Positions 19,584 to 28,649 of a stretch of DNA of 64,000 bases are shown in pieces (position 1 is the first letter of the stretch; each line of letters starts with the position of its first letter). A program made the translations under genes and the position numbers. This DNA is from an uncultured Candidatus Saccharibacteria bacterium (GTDB lineage: Bacteria > Patescibacteriota > Minisyncoccia > UBA6257 > UBA9933). The DNA lies in contig CAZXNT010000001.1 of the NCBI GenBank assembly GCA_964642155.1, positions 65,238-129,237 on the forward strand, in the 5' to 3' direction. A model generated the notes under the pieces. It worked only from the letters and a program-made list of their open reading frames with translations. It did no database searches and had not been told where the DNA came from.

Positions 19584-19666
19584 TCCGCCGCTTTCAAAAC
19601 GTGCTTTTTCAGCATTGCCACATATCCCCATTCGTTATCGTACCAGGAAAGAATTTTCACCAAATT
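19584..19666 (-). repeat. 83-bp exact duplicate of the gap 3' end
   Basis: Identical to 20182-20264. Confidence 0.97.
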
Positions 19667-19676
19667 CTTTTAAAAA

Positions 19677-19922
19677 TTAATTAAATGTCATTACTCTCCT
19701 GTCTCCTGTAAAAACATTGTTAAAAGAAAAATTTTCAAATGTGGCGGTATTTAATTCTTTCCCAAATTTTTCTTTAGCCCCTATTATCTCAAGATAAAGC
19801 GGCTTTCCGCTTTTATCTAAATCCAAAAACATCTCCTTCGCGACTTCAAGAGTTCTAAAAACCTTGCCCTTTTTAAATGTGATATTTACGGCGTCAACTG
19901 CCGCATCATAGGTTATTTTCAT
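19677..19922 (-). CDS. DUF2283-family protein (putative antitoxin)
   Basis: MKITYD...DA..I.F ... D.D..GK...LEI..A pattern. Confidence 0.8.
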   Translation of the reverse strand: MKITYDAAVDAVNITFKKGKVFRTLEVAKEMFLDLDKSGKPLYLEIIGAKEKFGKELNTATFENFSFNNVFTGDRRVMTFN

Positions 19923-20155
19923 ATTTTTTTATTGAATTTTTCATCCCAATATTGAGTTATTATGACAATTATATCGTTTTCTTTAATAAAAACAACTTTT
20001 AAATATAATTTCCCGAATTTTTTATAAGCTATTTTTCTGTTTGATAAACTTGGAGAAATTATATCAGGATTTTTAATGGTTTGAATAATTTTTTGTTTTA
20101 ATATGCTCCTTTGCTTTAATTTTAATAAAGAATGTGTGCTAAAAATAATTTTCAT
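19919..20155 (-). CDS. DUF4258-family protein (putative BrnT/RelE-like toxin)
   Basis: I.FS.H...KL.QR.I....I...I..PD ... LKVV...E...I.IIT.Y; ATGA overlap with the DUF2283 gene. Confidence 0.8.
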   Translation of the reverse strand: MKIIFSTHSLLKLKQRSILKQKIIQTIKNPDIISPSLSNRKIAYKKFGKLYLKVVFIKENDIIVIITQYWDEKFNKKI

Positions 20156-20171
20156 ATTTTAAAATTTAACT

Positions 20172-21176
20172 TTACAAATTCTCCGCCGCTTTCAAAACGT
20201 GCTTTTTCAGCATTGCCACATATCCCCATTCGTTATCGTACCAGGAAAGAATTTTCACCAAATTGCCGTCGATTACTTTGGTAAATTTTAAATCAACGAT
20301 CGCTCCGTACGATTCAGAAATAATATCCGAAGAAACAATCTGGTCTTCAACGGTTTTTAAAATTCCCTGCCATTTTTGAGATCCTGTGGCTTTTTTCAAA
20401 ATATCATTAATTTCTTCAACCGAAGTTTTTCTTTTGGAAATAAAAGTGATGTCCGCGATGGAACCGGTAATCATAGGCACGCGCAAAGCAATGCCGTCAA
20501 ATTTTCCTTCCAAGTCTTTAATGATGCGATTGGTAGCAATGGCCGCGCCGGTAGTTGAAGGAATAATATTTTGCGAAGCGGCCCGGCCGCGCCGAAAATC
20601 GTTGCCCTTCACCGGACTGTCAACGGTTGTTTGAGTATTAGTCATTGCGTGAATAGTGTTTAAAACTGCTTTTTCAATTCCCGGATTTTCATTTAAAATC
20701 GCCATAACCGAAGCAATGCCGTTAGTGGTGCAGGAAGCGTTGGAAGAAATTTTAACGGATTTCAATTCATCGTCATTTATGCCGATTAAAATCGTCTTGC
20801 CCAAATCGCCGTCTGCGTCTTTTGCCGGCGCGGTCAAAACAACTCTTTTGGCTCCGGCGTCCAAATGCGCCTTGGCTTTTTCATAAGATTCAAAAACTCC
20901 CGTTGATTCAACGACAATATCCACGCCCAAATCTTTCCACGGTAATTTTGTCGGGTCTTTTTCCTGTAAAAATTTTATATTGTCAATCGGAGTTTCAAAA
21001 CGCCCGTAAACCGAATCGTACTTAAATAAATAACGCAGATTTTCAACGTCGCCCAAATCATTTATCGCGACAATTTCAATCCGCTGGCTAACGGATGGGT
21101 CGCTTAATATCTGCCTAAGGAATAATCGCCCAATCCTTCCAAAACCGTTTATCGCTATTTTAATTTTTTTATCCAT
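20172..21176 (-). CDS. gap: Glyceraldehyde-3-phosphate dehydrogenase, type I
   Basis: INGFGRIGR, SNASCTTN and WYDNEWGY motifs. Confidence 0.97.
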   Translation of the reverse strand: MDKKIKIAINGFGRIGRLFLRQILSDPSVSQRIEIVAINDLGDVENLRYLFKYDSVYGRFETPIDNIKFLQEKDPTKLPWKDLGVDIVVESTGVFESYEKAKAHLDAGAKRVVLTAPAKDADGDLGKTILIGINDDELKSVKISSNASCTTNGIASVMAILNENPGIEKAVLNTIHAMTNTQTTVDSPVKGNDFRRGRAASQNIIPSTTGAAIATNRIIKDLEGKFDGIALRVPMITGSIADITFISKRKTSVEEINDILKKATGSQKWQGILKTVEDQIVSSDIISESYGAIVDLKFTKVIDGNLVKILSWYDNEWGYVAMLKKHVLKAAENL

Positions 21177-21257
21177 CTATTAATTTTAAACCTTTAAACT
21201 TTTAGATTTCACGCTTCTATTATAAATCCGTTTTTCTGAATAGCAATACTTTTATCA

Positions 21258-21713
21258 TCACTGATTTCCGTATTCAAGATTTCTTATTTTTTCAATCCGC
21301 CTTTTATATCTTTCTCCTCCGGAAAAAGGCGTGGACAGCCAGACACTAATGATTTTCTTGGCAATTTCTTCGCTTGTGAATTCCGCTGCCAAAGACAAAA
21401 CATTCGTATCATCATCCTTGCGGCTCAAATACGCCTGGTCCGGATTGGCGGCCAAAACCGAACGAATATCTTTAAACTTGTTTGCCGTAATATCAACGCC
21501 CGCGCCCGAACCGCAAATTAAAATTCCGCGTCGCGTAAACATATCCTGTGCCACTTGCCTCGCAACCAAAACCGCGAAATCCGGATAATCGTCGTTTTCA
21601 TCGTACTTGTCATTGCCGACATCAATTACTTCATAGCCCCGCTCTTTTAAAAATTTTTTTAAGGCGTCTTTTAATTGAAAACCTTGATGGTCTGCGCCGA
21701 TATAGATAAGCAT
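21258..21713 (-). CDS. rpiB: Ribose-5-phosphate isomerase B
   Basis: IGADH.G..LK, DDYPD and GILICGSG.G..I.ANK motifs. Confidence 0.92.
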   Translation of the reverse strand: MLIYIGADHQGFQLKDALKKFLKERGYEVIDVGNDKYDENDDYPDFAVLVARQVAQDMFTRRGILICGSGAGVDITANKFKDIRSVLAANPDQAYLSRKDDDTNVLSLAAEFTSEEIAKKIISVWLSTPFSGGERYKRRIEKIRNLEYGNQ

Positions 21714-21766
21714 AAATTTAGCCACTAGGGTTTAACCAATAACCACTAGTGATTTTTTAATTATAA

Positions 21767-22240
21767 TCAAAAATTTACAAAATGAAATGCCACTATACCG
21801 AATGCCACGGCAACATTTAAAGATTCTTTCCTACCTTTCATCGGAATTTCCAGAATTTTATCGGCTTTTTTCAGGATTGACAACGGCAAGCCCTTAACTT
21901 CATTGCCCAACACCAAAGCAATCTTACGAGACTTAGTCTCATAAGATTTAATTTTATAATACGGAATTGATTTTTTACTTTGCTCAACAGCAAAAATTTT
22001 ATAACCGTCCTTTTTAAGTCGGTCAATTAAACGGGCTGTGGATTTAAAATGTTCCCACCCTACGTATTTCTCCGCGCCAAGTGAAACCTTTACCAATTGT
22101 TCGCGCGATCTGCCGAATTCATCAACCGGTTTCGGCGTAATGCCGCATAAATATATTTTTTTAATTCCAACGGCATCGGCGGTGCGAAATATGGAACCGA
22201 CGTTATAAAGAGAACGGATATTGTGGAGAATAAGAATCAT
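21767..22240 (-). CDS. TrmH/SpoU family RNA methyltransferase
   Basis: N.GSIFRTADA, LGNE..GL and IPM.G..ESLNV motifs. Confidence 0.9.
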   Translation of the reverse strand: MILILHNIRSLYNVGSIFRTADAVGIKKIYLCGITPKPVDEFGRSREQLVKVSLGAEKYVGWEHFKSTARLIDRLKKDGYKIFAVEQSKKSIPYYKIKSYETKSRKIALVLGNEVKGLPLSILKKADKILEIPMKGRKESLNVAVAFGIVAFHFVNF

Positions 22241-25200
22241 CTTAATGATATTGGTGAAGTAATAATAAAATACAAATCTTTTTCGCCATTATAAGGAACA
22301 TAACTGTCACTATCCCAATAAACAAAATGGCCATTAATCCATGCGTCATTCTCGGAATACCCTAATTTCCAATTTTGTCCGGAACCTCTAAATACAAAAT
22401 TAAAATAATACCATTTCGAAGCGGCGAGAGTGATACGCGGAAAACTGAAAGTATTGATTCCGGTTGTTAAATCAGACGTTGTAAATGAATGATTTACCAA
22501 AGATGAACAATTAACATAATTAACGTCGCATTCATAAAAATAAAAATTGTGATTGTCCTGCTGGCCAATATCTTTCATATAAATACTTAAAGAATTAATT
22601 CCGCCGCTTAAATTATTCCCCAAAAATTGCCGATAATAAGAATACTGTGCTTGTGTCGTATTTATATAATCTATTTGTTGAGCGAATATAAATCTTTCAT
22701 TTAAAGAATACGGTATATTTATTTCTTTGCTAAAACTGGCAAGCGATTCATTTCCTGATTGGTCAATAGCCACAATAGAAAATTTATAATTGCGTCCAAC
22801 TTCATTAATTGCAATTGTTGTTGAGGTCGCGGAAGTGATTATTTCCGGTAAAACCAAAGTTGAGCTAGAAACCAAAGAACTGATATCAGTAATTCTATAA
22901 GTCGGGGCCGATGAAGAAGCGTTAAAATATCTCGGCTTATCCCAATTTAAAGAAAATGCTAATGTACTGGTTGAATAATTCGCTTCAAAATTTTGCGCCA
23001 CTGATTGAGAAATACTCGCAGGAAGTTCAATCGGCGATTGTGGCGAGCCGGTTTTTATTAAAAAATATAAATCTTTTATTCCCGCGTCAATGTACGCGCT
23101 ATTATTATCATATTTTGTCGCTTTCCCGTAGATATAAGAAGAGCTGTTGTTTGAGCCGTAAAAATAAGAATAATTTTGATAAATTTCAAATTTGAGTTTG
23201 TAGTATTTTGACGGGTCGAAAGTGAATGATTGCTGAATGGGAATCGTATAATCTTTATCAATATTAAATTCAAAATTTAAATTTGGACAATCGCTTCCGT
23301 AAATACTGCCATTGGCATAGGTGGCGCCGGGATTATCGCGAGTGCAGGTATTTGAAGAAATTTTTATAAGATTGCTATAATCTGATTCATTAGATTGCCA
23401 AAAAGTCGCGTTAATATAATAAGTTTCTATCCAATATCCGGAGGAAGGCAGTTTTGCATGAAAAGTTATGCTTTGGGGCGATCCCAATAAACCATTGCCA
23501 AGATCTTGATCAAAATGGCCGTTGCCATCGCCTTGATCAAAAACGAATTTATCAAGCTGTTGAGCAATAATTAAAGTTGAATTTGGAATTGAGATTTCTT
23601 TTTGACTTGATGTTGAATTAAAATTTTCTTTGTCAAAAGCTTGAATTGAAAATAAATAAGTTTTACCGAAATTATTTTCATTAAGTGAAATTATGGCCGC
23701 TGTTGAAGTCGTATTAATTTCCGCAAAAGTCGAACTACTATTACTAATATCGCTAATTTTGTAAATTATCGTTGAAGTGGCGCCGAAATAATCCTGCGAT
23801 ACATTCCAATTAAAATTTAATTCCATCGTGCTGGAACTGTATTGAATTGAAAAATTTTGCGGCGTTATCGGAGCGTTGCGCGGCTCAGGAAAATTTTGTG
23901 AATTTTGCGGCTCCGCTGAATTTCTTAAAATAAAATCATCCGCACTATCAGTATCATAACCATTACCGGAAAATCTATGCTCGCCGGAAACCATTAAATC
24001 AACAGTTGAGGTTGAAAACGCTTTTCGCTCCAATGATTGACCGTCTATAAAATTAACCGGATTATAATTTGCTTGGTCAATAATCGCATCATTCTCAAAC
24101 AATAAAATGCTTATGGTTTCACTGCCGCTGGTGGAAAGAGAATATGAACGATTTAATTTATCGGCGATCGCATATGTGCTACTGCCATAATTGCTTAAGC
24201 CAACCAGAAAAAAACTTTTTGCGGCAATTATCTGGCTAGATGAAAAACTGGAAAGTGAATTTGTGCTCGTGGCTGACCCTGTTTGTCTTTTTAAAGAATA
24301 ATTGCCGAGTTCAATTGAAGAATCTGTCGGATTATATAATTCCACAAAATCAAAATTATTTCCTGTTTTATCGGGATAAATTTCGCTGATAACAATATGA
24401 TTGACGCCTGCCGGTGCCAAAGAATTAATTAAAATAGTGGTTGAAGTGGCGGTTGACGAAGCGTTTTGATTGTCAAAAACAATTAAATCGACTTGGTAAT
24501 TGCCGGCTTGAGAATAAATGTGAGTAGTAGTAGCGGTTGTTGCCGAAGAAGTCGCATTATCGCCAAAATTCCATTGATAGGAAATAATTTGACCGTCAAT
24601 GTCAGTTGAAGAAGCGGCGTTAAATAAAATTAAATCGCCAACTTGAGGATTTAAAGAAGTATAAATAAAAGAGGCGACAGGACTTTGATTGTTTTGCAAA
24701 CAAGTTCTGAATTGTGTTTTCGGACTCGGACAAGTCTGAATTTCAAAATCTTGCGCATTATTATCTATATCAATAAAATCTCCACTTTGAAATTTTCTTT
24801 GAATACTTTGACCGTCCGCGGAATTTGTCGGAAAAACCGAGTTTTCAATAAAAATATTTTCCGCTTCGCCCCACGCAACGCTGTCAATAATCTGTCCCGT
24901 GTCATTCGCGCCGTAACGAATGGCAATGCCATTATTATTGCTAATTGTCTGCGTAGTGGTTGAATTCGAAACAACAGACATGTCACTACAATCGCTGTTT
25001 GCCCATAAATAATAACTATTGGCCGGAATAGAATCGCCACTCGTCCATGATTTAATTAAAGTGTCGCTTGCTCCAGTTTGAGTTCTTTTAACTAAACGGT
25101 AATTTTGAAGATTAATTACAGCGCTGTTTGGATTATAAATTTCTATAAAATCATCGTGCGTGCTTGACGCTGAAGCCAATTGAATTTCGGTAATTAAAAT

Positions 25201-26754
25201 TTTCAACGGCTCCGCACTTGTTTGCATATTATTCTGCGTATTACTGTTGCTTCCTCCACTGCTGCCACCGCTACTATTTACACTCGCGTTTCCGCTTCCG
25301 CTTCCGCCGGTATATCTAAAAACAATGGTGTTTGTTTGACCGCTTGTTTGATTACTTTGCTCATTGACGTTAATTACAATTTCTTCTTGTTGTTTCTCCT
25401 GATTTTTTATTTCTTCTTTTTTAATTCCTTCTTCATATAACAAATCACTGCCGATCGGCAGTAAACTGTTATAGTCTAAAATTTCATTTTTGATTTCTGT
25501 TGAATTATTGGTTTCTATTATTGAAGAAGTGGCTGTTTCATCAGAATTCGCATTATCAATAGCATTATCCAATAAAGAAATTTGTTGCGGCTGTTGCGAT
25601 TGATTAATCCCCAATAAATTGCCGATTGTTGATTTGACTTGGCTAAAAAGATTTTTTGCAGTTTCAATCGTTTTTGTTAAAAATGATTTATCTTCAATTT
25701 TTGTAAAATTCGGATCATTTTTCGCTTTTTCAACTTCTTGAAAGAAAAGATTAATAACTCCGGCGCCATATTGAACAGATTTAGTGGAAAGACGAGACCA
25801 GTAATCATTCACCACTCTATCTTCATCTTCTATTTTTAAAACAATATTAGATTTTGTTTCTGATATAAAACTATTGTGATAATTTTTATAAACAAATAAA
25901 TAATATAAATTATTATCTTCGTCGTATTTTGCCGCATAATAATAATCTCCATCTTTTTTCAACAATCCTTCTGTATTTGGCTGCGGCAACTCATATCCAC
26001 TCTGTATTCCAATCGTATCTTTGCTATAAAAATTATTATTTGAATATTTCGCCAACCCGTCAAAATAAGAATTTAAATCGGAAAAAATAAATGGGGGCTT
26101 ATTTGACAATCTTTTATTTAAATCAGCGTCGGGGTTAGAAAGAATAAATTTAGCGGTGTAATTTTCATAAGGACTATCTTCGGGATGTGGATCGTTCCTT
26201 GTGTGATCTGGAACAGATGCATCCTCAACTAAATGTAAAATGTGCCCCAAGATAAGCATTGCTTTTTCTTTCTCGCCTTGCGCATAAAATTTAACAGCTC
26301 TTTCCCAAATAAAATCAGTTTCCGTTGTTAAAGCGCTGATTTTTTTCTGCTGAATTGCCGTTAAAACTGAAGCAATTGTTGTTGGAACTTTATAAGTTAA
26401 GCTGTTTTGATTATAGCTATCTTGCGCCCAATCTTTAGATTTTTGCCAAGTGCCTAGATTAATCATGGGATCTATTGCCGGATCGTACGTTAATCCTCTA
26501 TTTTTTACTGGATCATAAAAATGATTCATCCAGCGCGGAATATCATCTTCTTGACGAACTCCATCTAAAAGATATGGAACTAATTCTTCATTGATTTTAT
26601 TATCTGAAAATTTTTGATTATAAAATTTAACAGCCTCATTGGTTAAATAAGCATGAGTTTCAATGCCATAAGCAAAAACATTATTAATACTAATAACAAA
26701 AAATCCTAATATAAAAATTGGGATTAAAAATTTTATATACTTTCTATTTTCCAT
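22237..26754 (-). CDS. Large secreted protein: Zn-dependent phospholipase C/P1-nuclease-like domain, lamin-tail domains, PKD and FN3-like repeats
   Basis: ETHAYL, NHFYDP, GHILHLVED.SVPDH; I.E...DF(I/V)E(I/L)YNP twice; F.A..S.D.DG.I.SYQWNFGD PKD motif. Confidence 0.8.
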   Translation of the reverse strand: MENRKYIKFLIPIFILGFFVISINNVFAYGIETHAYLTNEAVKFYNQKFSDNKINEELVPYLLDGVRQEDDIPRWMNHFYDPVKNRGLTYDPAIDPMINLGTWQKSKDWAQDSYNQNSLTYKVPTTIASVLTAIQQKKISALTTETDFIWERAVKFYAQGEKEKAMLILGHILHLVEDASVPDHTRNDPHPEDSPYENYTAKFILSNPDADLNKRLSNKPPFIFSDLNSYFDGLAKYSNNNFYSKDTIGIQSGYELPQPNTEGLLKKDGDYYYAAKYDEDNNLYYLFVYKNYHNSFISETKSNIVLKIEDEDRVVNDYWSRLSTKSVQYGAGVINLFFQEVEKAKNDPNFTKIEDKSFLTKTIETAKNLFSQVKSTIGNLLGINQSQQPQQISLLDNAIDNANSDETATSSIIETNNSTEIKNEILDYNSLLPIGSDLLYEEGIKKEEIKNQEKQQEEIVINVNEQSNQTSGQTNTIVFRYTGGSGSGNASVNSSGGSSGGSNSNTQNNMQTSAEPLKILITEIQLASASSTHDDFIEIYNPNSAVINLQNYRLVKRTQTGASDTLIKSWTSGDSIPANSYYLWANSDCSDMSVVSNSTTTQTISNNNGIAIRYGANDTGQIIDSVAWGEAENIFIENSVFPTNSADGQSIQRKFQSGDFIDIDNNAQDFEIQTCPSPKTQFRTCLQNNQSPVASFIYTSLNPQVGDLILFNAASSTDIDGQIISYQWNFGDNATSSATTATTTHIYSQAGNYQVDLIVFDNQNASSTATSTTILINSLAPAGVNHIVISEIYPDKTGNNFDFVELYNPTDSSIELGNYSLKRQTGSATSTNSLSSFSSSQIIAAKSFFLVGLSNYGSSTYAIADKLNRSYSLSTSGSETISILLFENDAIIDQANYNPVNFIDGQSLERKAFSTSTVDLMVSGEHRFSGNGYDTDSADDFILRNSAEPQNSQNFPEPRNAPITPQNFSIQYSSSTMELNFNWNVSQDYFGATSTIIYKISDISNSSSTFAEINTTSTAAIISLNENNFGKTYLFSIQAFDKENFNSTSSQKEISIPNSTLIIAQQLDKFVFDQGDGNGHFDQDLGNGLLGSPQSITFHAKLPSSGYWIETYYINATFWQSNESDYSNLIKISSNTCTRDNPGATYANGSIYGSDCPNLNFEFNIDKDYTIPIQQSFTFDPSKYYKLKFEIYQNYSYFYGSNNSSSYIYGKATKYDNNSAYIDAGIKDLYFLIKTGSPQSPIELPASISQSVAQNFEANYSTSTLAFSLNWDKPRYFNASSSAPTYRITDISSLVSSSTLVLPEIITSATSTTIAINEVGRNYKFSIVAIDQSGNESLASFSKEINIPYSLNERFIFAQQIDYINTTQAQYSYYRQFLGNNLSGGINSLSIYMKDIGQQDNHNFYFYECDVNYVNCSSLVNHSFTTSDLTTGINTFSFPRITLAASKWYYFNFVFRGSGQNWKLGYSENDAWINGHFVYWDSDSYVPYNGEKDLYFIITSPISLR

Positions 26755-27266
26755 ATTTTAGAATTTTTATTTAATTTTATTTCTATTAATAAATCAATTT
26801 CTCCATTTGAATTGTAAAGTTTAAATAAAGCCCCGTCATCATCTTTAAATGTTAATTTAATTAACGATAATTTAGATATCATCTCTTCTAATCTATTATT
26901 TGTTTTTAATTTCTCTAATCCTTCCTTCAATTTTGGGTCAACGCTCCCGTCGCTTCTTAACACAAAATATTTACTCGCCAACTCAATATCTTCTTTCTTT
27001 AACGCCTCAATAAACATTTGCAAAGTTTCTTCCGGAGTTTTACCGCCATAAATATCTTCTTCCATCGCTTTATTATAATTTTTTTCCCAAGTAAGATATT
27101 TTTCATAATTTTTCTGCGTTTCGCGTTGATATTTTGCCTGCGGACTTAAATATTTCCCCCATAACAAAAAACCTCCAATCGTAAAGATAATAATTCCTAA
27201 AAAACCTATTACAAATTTTCGGAAATTCAACTTATTTTTAAATTCATTATTAATTTGATTATTCAT
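26733..27266 (-). CDS. Membrane-anchored YGG.TPEETL protein, paralog 1
   Basis: N-terminal TM; YGGKTPEETLQMFIEAL...ELASKYF shared with 27833-28366. Confidence 0.75.
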   Translation of the reverse strand: MNNQINNEFKNKLNFRKFVIGFLGIIIFTIGGFLLWGKYLSPQAKYQRETQKNYEKYLTWEKNYNKAMEEDIYGGKTPEETLQMFIEALKKEDIELASKYFVLRSDGSVDPKLKEGLEKLKTNNRLEEMISKLSLIKLTFKDDDGALFKLYNSNGEIDLLIEIKLNKNSKIWKIESI

Positions 27267-27280
27267 ATGATTTATTAAAT

Positions 27281-27817
27281 TTAATTATTTATTATATTAC
27301 TTTTATTAAAAGATGATTTTCTTTGTCTCATTCTTAATGTCGCAATAATAAAAACAAGAATTAGTTCAAAAAATGATGATGTTATTATATAAAAATTTAA
27401 AATGTTTTCTAAAATTTTAATTTCATAATCAGAATAAGAAAAAATTAAGATGTGAATAAATGGGAATATAAAAAGGGTTGCTATGATAATTAATATTGGT
27501 AAAACAAAAAAATTAAATTTATTAGATAAAATTTTTGACATCCATTTAATAATTAAAGCTGGCAATCCTATAAATAATATTAACATTATAATATATTGAG
27601 GGCTGAAATTTAAATTAAAAATATTTTTAAAGAAATTTTTGAGTATATTTAATCGTGTTTCATTTTCTAAATTTGGAAATATTATAATAAGTAATAAATT
27701 ATATAAAAATATAATAAATATAAAAAATAACAAATTAGTTAAAATAATTTTAAATTTCCAAAACTTGCTCTTCGGCTTATTATTCTTATTTAAAGAAATT
27801 AGTATTTTTTTGAACAT
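27281..27817 (-). CDS. Very AT-rich multi-TM hypothetical protein
   Basis: 178-aa hydrophobic ORF in operon orientation. Confidence 0.6.
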   Translation of the reverse strand: MFKKILISLNKNNKPKSKFWKFKIILTNLLFFIFIIFLYNLLLIIIFPNLENETRLNILKNFFKNIFNLNFSPQYIIMLILFIGLPALIIKWMSKILSNKFNFFVLPILIIIATLFIFPFIHILIFSYSDYEIKILENILNFYIITSSFFELILVFIIATLRMRQRKSSFNKSNIINN

Positions 27818-27832
27818 AATTTTAATTACTAA

Positions 27833-28366
27833 TTATATTTCTATTATTTTCCAAATATTATTAGGATAAAGACCTATTCTAATATAAATTGGCTCGTCAA
27901 TAAAAAATTCTTTTCTACCAGGAATATCATCTGATGAAAAATATCCATTTGTAGATTTTTTAAGTAAACTAAGATATTTATCTATAAATTCTTTTGTCAC
28001 TTTATTTAATTTTTCCAATTCTTTTTCCTGATATTTCTCTATAAAATATTTACTCGCCAATTCGTAATTTCCTGTTTCAACGGCGCTTATGTACATTTGC
28101 AAAGTTTCCTGCGGAATTCTACCGCCATAAGTGTCCGCCATGGCTTTTTGATAATCTTCTTGTTTAATTCTTTCCAATCTTCCAGCTAATTCTTCAACCG
28201 CTTTTTCTCCCTGCCATTGCCTAAAAAAATACCAACACCAAGAACTGGCGATATACAAAACAAAAACACCGGCGATTATCGTGAAGAATATCAATGTGAA
28301 CTTCCAAAATTTGCCTTTCGGCTTATTAATTTCGTTTATTTGATTGTTTTGATTTTGATTTTCCAT
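27833..28366 (-). CDS. Membrane-anchored YGG.TPEETL protein, paralog 2
   Basis: YGGRIPQETLQMYISAV...ELASKYF; N-terminal TM. Confidence 0.75.
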   Translation of the reverse strand: MENQNQNNQINEINKPKGKFWKFTLIFFTIIAGVFVLYIASSWCWYFFRQWQGEKAVEELAGRLERIKQEDYQKAMADTYGGRIPQETLQMYISAVETGNYELASKYFIEKYQEKELEKLNKVTKEFIDKYLSLLKKSTNGYFSSDDIPGRKEFFIDEPIYIRIGLYPNNIWKIIEI

Positions 28367-28513
28367 CCCTCACCCTTCAAAGATTTTCCAGTACATAAAG
28401 CTTTTTATGTACTGGATTATATTGAAGTTTAATTTTATTTTATATCTCATTCATTTTACTTATCATTCCCCTTTACCACTTTCTTTATTTCTTATCTTTG
28501 AAGGGTGAGGGAT
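28365..28513 (-). mobile_element. MITE-like 149-bp element with 20-bp TIRs, ending on a start codon (copy 1)
   Basis: atccctcacccttcaaagat 28365-28384 / atctttgaagggtgagggat 28494-28513, perfect inverted repeat. Confidence 0.85.
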
Positions 28514-28571
28514 TTTCAAAATAAAAAGGACGTATTCCAAAAAACACGCCCCCTCACTCAGGCATAATTAA

Positions 28572-28599
28572 ATTATAAATCGCCACATTTTTCCGTCAA
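28572..28599 (-). promoter_or_regulatory. sigma70-type promoter of the 28366-22237 operon
   Basis: Minus strand TTGACG-16 nt-TATAAT. Confidence 0.55.
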
Positions 28600-28609
28600 C
28601 CACTCTCTC

Positions 28610-28618
28610 TGTGGATAA
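28610..28618 (-). promoter_or_regulatory. Perfect DnaA box
   Basis: TGTGGATAA (= TTATCCACA); a second copy at 62531-62539. Confidence 0.5.
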
Positions 28619-28649
28619 CTTATTTATCTAATACATTAAACTCTAAATA

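Noticed and set aside
19563-19631. N-terminal extension MGICGNAEKARF of the 425-aa ORF
   Set aside because: It is the duplicated gap tail read in another frame; the real start is at 19562
19584-20264. DGR template/variable repeat pair
   Set aside because: The copies are identical with no adenine-specific mismatches, and no reverse transcriptase is in the window
28610-28618. Replication origin
   Set aside because: Only isolated DnaA boxes (here and at 62531-62539), with no cluster and no dnaA or dnaN nearby
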